A stretch of 61,619 bases of DNA, the filler included. It is 15 parts of 15 records of this genome, joined end to end, with 100 filler letters (N's around TTAATTAATTAA, not from the genome) between each part and the next. Parts side by side here need not be neighbours in the genome. Positions count along the whole stretch, not along the records: positions 58,591 to 61,619 come from SRR15195285_9655; 14 more parts are not named here. One strand, 5' to 3'. Below the pieces are notes generated by a model. That model saw only the letters and a list, made by a program, of their open reading frames with translations, was not told the origin of the DNA and ran no database searches. How positions within the stretch are numbered: position 1 is the stretch's first letter; each line of letters opens with the position of its first letter. Of this stretch, positions 58,921-61,619 are shown in pieces. The position numbers were made by a program, and so were the translations under genes.

Positions 58921-59136
58921 ATGCCGCCGCCGGAGGAGTTCGAGCCGCTGGCGAACCTGCCGTACTACATCCTCGCGGTAGCTGTCGGCGTGGTCGGACT
59001 GTGTGTGTCTCTCCCCCACGTGGCATACTTTCTGGATCTCAACCACTCGGACGCTGCTGTGGTGCTGGTCGCTGCCCCGATCATCGCGGCCCTGGCGTAC
59101 TTCTCGATCAACCGCCCACGGATCGTCGATATGTAG
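58921..59136 (+). CDS. Small (71 aa) two-TM membrane protein
   Basis: ATG follows a CGCG/GTAC island. Two hydrophobic helices and a GC3-rich codon pattern like neighbouring genes. Confidence 0.6.
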   Translation: MPPPEEFEPLANLPYYILAVAVGVVGLCVSLPHVAYFLDLNHSDAAVVLVAAPIIAALAYFSINRPRIVDM

Positions 59137-59148
59137 ACGGGCACTGTC

Positions 59149-60998
59149 ATGCCACGTGGAGCATCGGCAGGGGCTGAACCGTTGGTGGCGGCGCCAGTCC
59201 CAGCGCCAGGAGCTGGAGCGGCCGCGGAAGCGATGGCACCAGCATCTGCCGCGCCCGTGCCGCCGAGCGAGACGACCTGCTATTACGACAACTCTCTCCC
59301 AGACCTCGATGCGGAGGCGCGCTTCGCTGGGTGTGAGGCGCGCTGCCGAGTCGATGTTCATCTCCCGCCCAGTGATGATGGGGCTGCGGTCGGCGAAGCG
59401 CGGTCGCTGCTGCTTTTTGTGCACGGCGGCACTTGGCGTGTCGGCGACCGACGCTCGATGATGTTTTCCGGCAGGCATGCTGAGCTCGCGCAGTACCACA
59501 ACTGCGTGGTTCTGTCGGTGGGCTACCGCCGCTCGCGCATGCCCAATTGGGTGTTTTTCGGGCTCTATCCGGTGCGTGCACGTGCAGTGTTGTCGCTGCT
59601 CACGCTGTTCGTGTGTGCGCCTCCTTCCTGATACTCATGCGGCTGCGCGTGCTTCGCAGCTGGTTCTGCTTCTAGGCGCAAGCTTTGCGACCGCTCCGTT
59701 TGTGGTGGCTGGGGTCTACCTACTCGACCTTCCGCTTTATGCCGTACCCGTGCCGGCCGTCTGCCTCTTTCTCGTGTGCGTCTTCCTCGAAGTTTACAGC
59801 TGTTGTGGGCATCTTGACTCTATCGGACTCCGCCCTGTTCTTTCGAGTTGGGAAGTTCACTCGCGGCCACTCGTTGCCTGCGCAGGTACTTTTGTTTTTG
59901 GGGCACATATCCGTGCGGGGATGGTGACGTTGGGACGCGCGGCGGGAATTTTGCGTCCCAGTGCGAAAAAGGAGGTGGTGTCCAGTACGAGACGATGGCC
60001 GGCGATGTGGCGCGTGCGGCAAGATGGGCACGCGACAACGCCGCCAGGCTCGGTGAGTCGTAGGACGCCCAAGTATCACCTTCCGATCTAAGCCACTAAA
60101 CTAAATCGCTTCGTCTGGACCGTGCAGGTGCAGACCCATCGAAGCTGCTGCTCGTAGGCCACTCGGCCGGCGCTCATCTGTGTGCACTCGTCGCGACGGA
60201 GCCTAGATTTCTCGACGAGGTTGGGATGTCGCCCAGTGAGATTCGTGGGGTGGTTGGACTCTCTGGTCCATATAGTGTGCGCAAGCTTGTGACACAGACT
60301 TCAAGATTCGTGAGATTCGCGACGTACTGGTGAGCTCATCCTCTGTTGGATTGCGTCAAGATGCAAAGTACTTTAGCATCTCTGTACCGCGGTCGGCAGA
60401 GCTCACCATCTTGACATCGGAAGTGTGATGGGCTGGGTAGGATGACGGTGCGGCATGCGTTCGGCACAGAAGTGGCACAATGGGACGCTTCTGACCCCGG
60501 GAAAATTGTGGAAGTTCGTTGCAAGAACATCACGTGCAGCAACACTGCTGCTGATGATGATGATGATCCGACGGCAGCGCAGTCAGTCGACGAGTCGATT
60601 GGCGTGGGTTGCCGAGAATTGTCGAGCGACACAGATGGATTTAAAAAGCGACGGCTACCGGAGTTTGTGCTACTCGTTGGGGATAAAGAAGTGGAACAAG
60701 CGCATTTTGAGGACCAGATGCGCGCCCTCGGCGATAGCTTGCGCATGGGAGGCCACACTGTGTACACTGCCATCGTGGCGGGCAAAAGTCATTCCACCAC
60801 GATCAGGCATCTGGGAGCGGTGAGTGACGCATCTACGGCTTTGCCGAGCTTGTGCGCATCTCCAGTACTTCGCCTGTGCTGTGTGTTCTGCTAGATTGAA
60901 TCGTCGCTCCAACACTTTGCTCGCAGGGGCCAGTCCTGGACACCATCTCTCCGCACTTTATGGAGAGGCTTGGGGTGGGCAGCCTGCAACGGCCCTAA
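59149..60998 (+). CDS. Alpha/beta hydrolase (HSL / kynurenine-formamidase-like) with a hydrophobic insertion; about 5 introns
   Basis: VDVHLP, LLFVHGGTW, VLSVGYR, DVARAARW, LVGHSAGAHL, GVVGLSGPY, LLVGDKE, GKSH. Confidence 0.8.
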
Positions 60999-61593
60999 AG
61001 GTTTAGTCAGAGCTGTGGTGGCAGGCCGAGGGACCTGAGACTGACGCTGGTTTAAAAGGTGGTTAAGGCTGTGGGAGGAAAGGTGATTCAATGAATGGCA
61101 AAATTGAGTCACCTTGGTATACATGTCTTATGTGGCAACGCGGATTGCTGGCTCATTTTGCCCCCCCAGCACTATCAGTCATCAAAATCACTCAAAATGG
61201 ATACAGATATGTCGTCCGTACCGTACACACTCATTTCTATCCCACCCTACGCGCAGCACGAGCCCCCACACAACTGCAAACAGCAGATCACCTGTACAAT
61301 GCACAGGGGGCGACTCGCCTGGCTAGTAGTACTAGTAGCGCAGCTAGCCTAGATCAAGTGGGATGTCACCGCTGCAACTATACGAGCAGCCGAGGCAGCC
61401 ATGGAGGCTGAACGAGCTCGCGCCACAGCATTGGCAATCGAACTGCAGATGGAACTGCAACTGGAAGAGGCGTTGCGTGTATCGACGCGGTCTGAGTAGA
61501 AGCACGGCGCGAGGCGCATCATATTTCCGAAGCAGCGCCTGAGCCGCAGCTCGACGGTGGCCCAGAGCTAGAGCACGACTCCACTAAGGCAGC

Positions 61594-61619
61594 GCCGGAG
61601 CCGGAGCCGGAGCCGGAGC
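61594..61619 (+). repeat. (CCGGAG)n Glu-Pro repeat at the window end
   Basis: The same hexamer class occurs at contig edges 24247, ~34740-34771 and ~37932-37959. Confidence 0.85.

Noticed and set aside
61401-61619. UIM-like ORF (LQLEEALRVS) that would join the Glu-Pro frame through a 23-nt intron (61477..61499)
   Set aside because: The intron would be far shorter than all others here and the window ends; it cannot be told apart from a pseudogene or a sequence error.

Overview
This is not one continuous locus. It is 15 unlinked contigs joined by 14 artificial spacers (44 N + TTAATTAATTAA + 44 N), so gene neighbourhoods across spacers carry no meaning. The DNA is gene-dense, GC-rich eukaryotic nuclear sequence with many short GT-AG introns (about 65-245 nt), so the ORF track fragments most genes. 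The organism is probably a flagellated heterotrophic protist: it has centrin, DRC3 and Tim10. Glu-Pro repeats and a TGCCAAGACAGGCTCGGGACAAA intron motif remind me of Picozoa single-cell genomes, but that is recollection and was not searched. About 25 genes were reconstructed by hand. Main highlights: (1) one reading frame fusing a Cu-only SOD-like domain, a SnoaL/NTF2-like domain and a CPA1 Na+/H+ exchanger; (2) introner-like mobile introns, including two ~83% identical introns in one HET-NACHT gene; (3) a two-repeat ion channel with Cav-like glutamate filters, a cyclic-nucleotide-binding domain and an EF-hand; (4) a WWE-WWE/2OG-dioxygenase/RanBP2-finger protein; (5) a possible bicistronic or readthrough gene pair; (6) four secreted carbohydrate-active enzyme candidates. 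All domain calls come from motif recognition by eye, with no database searches.
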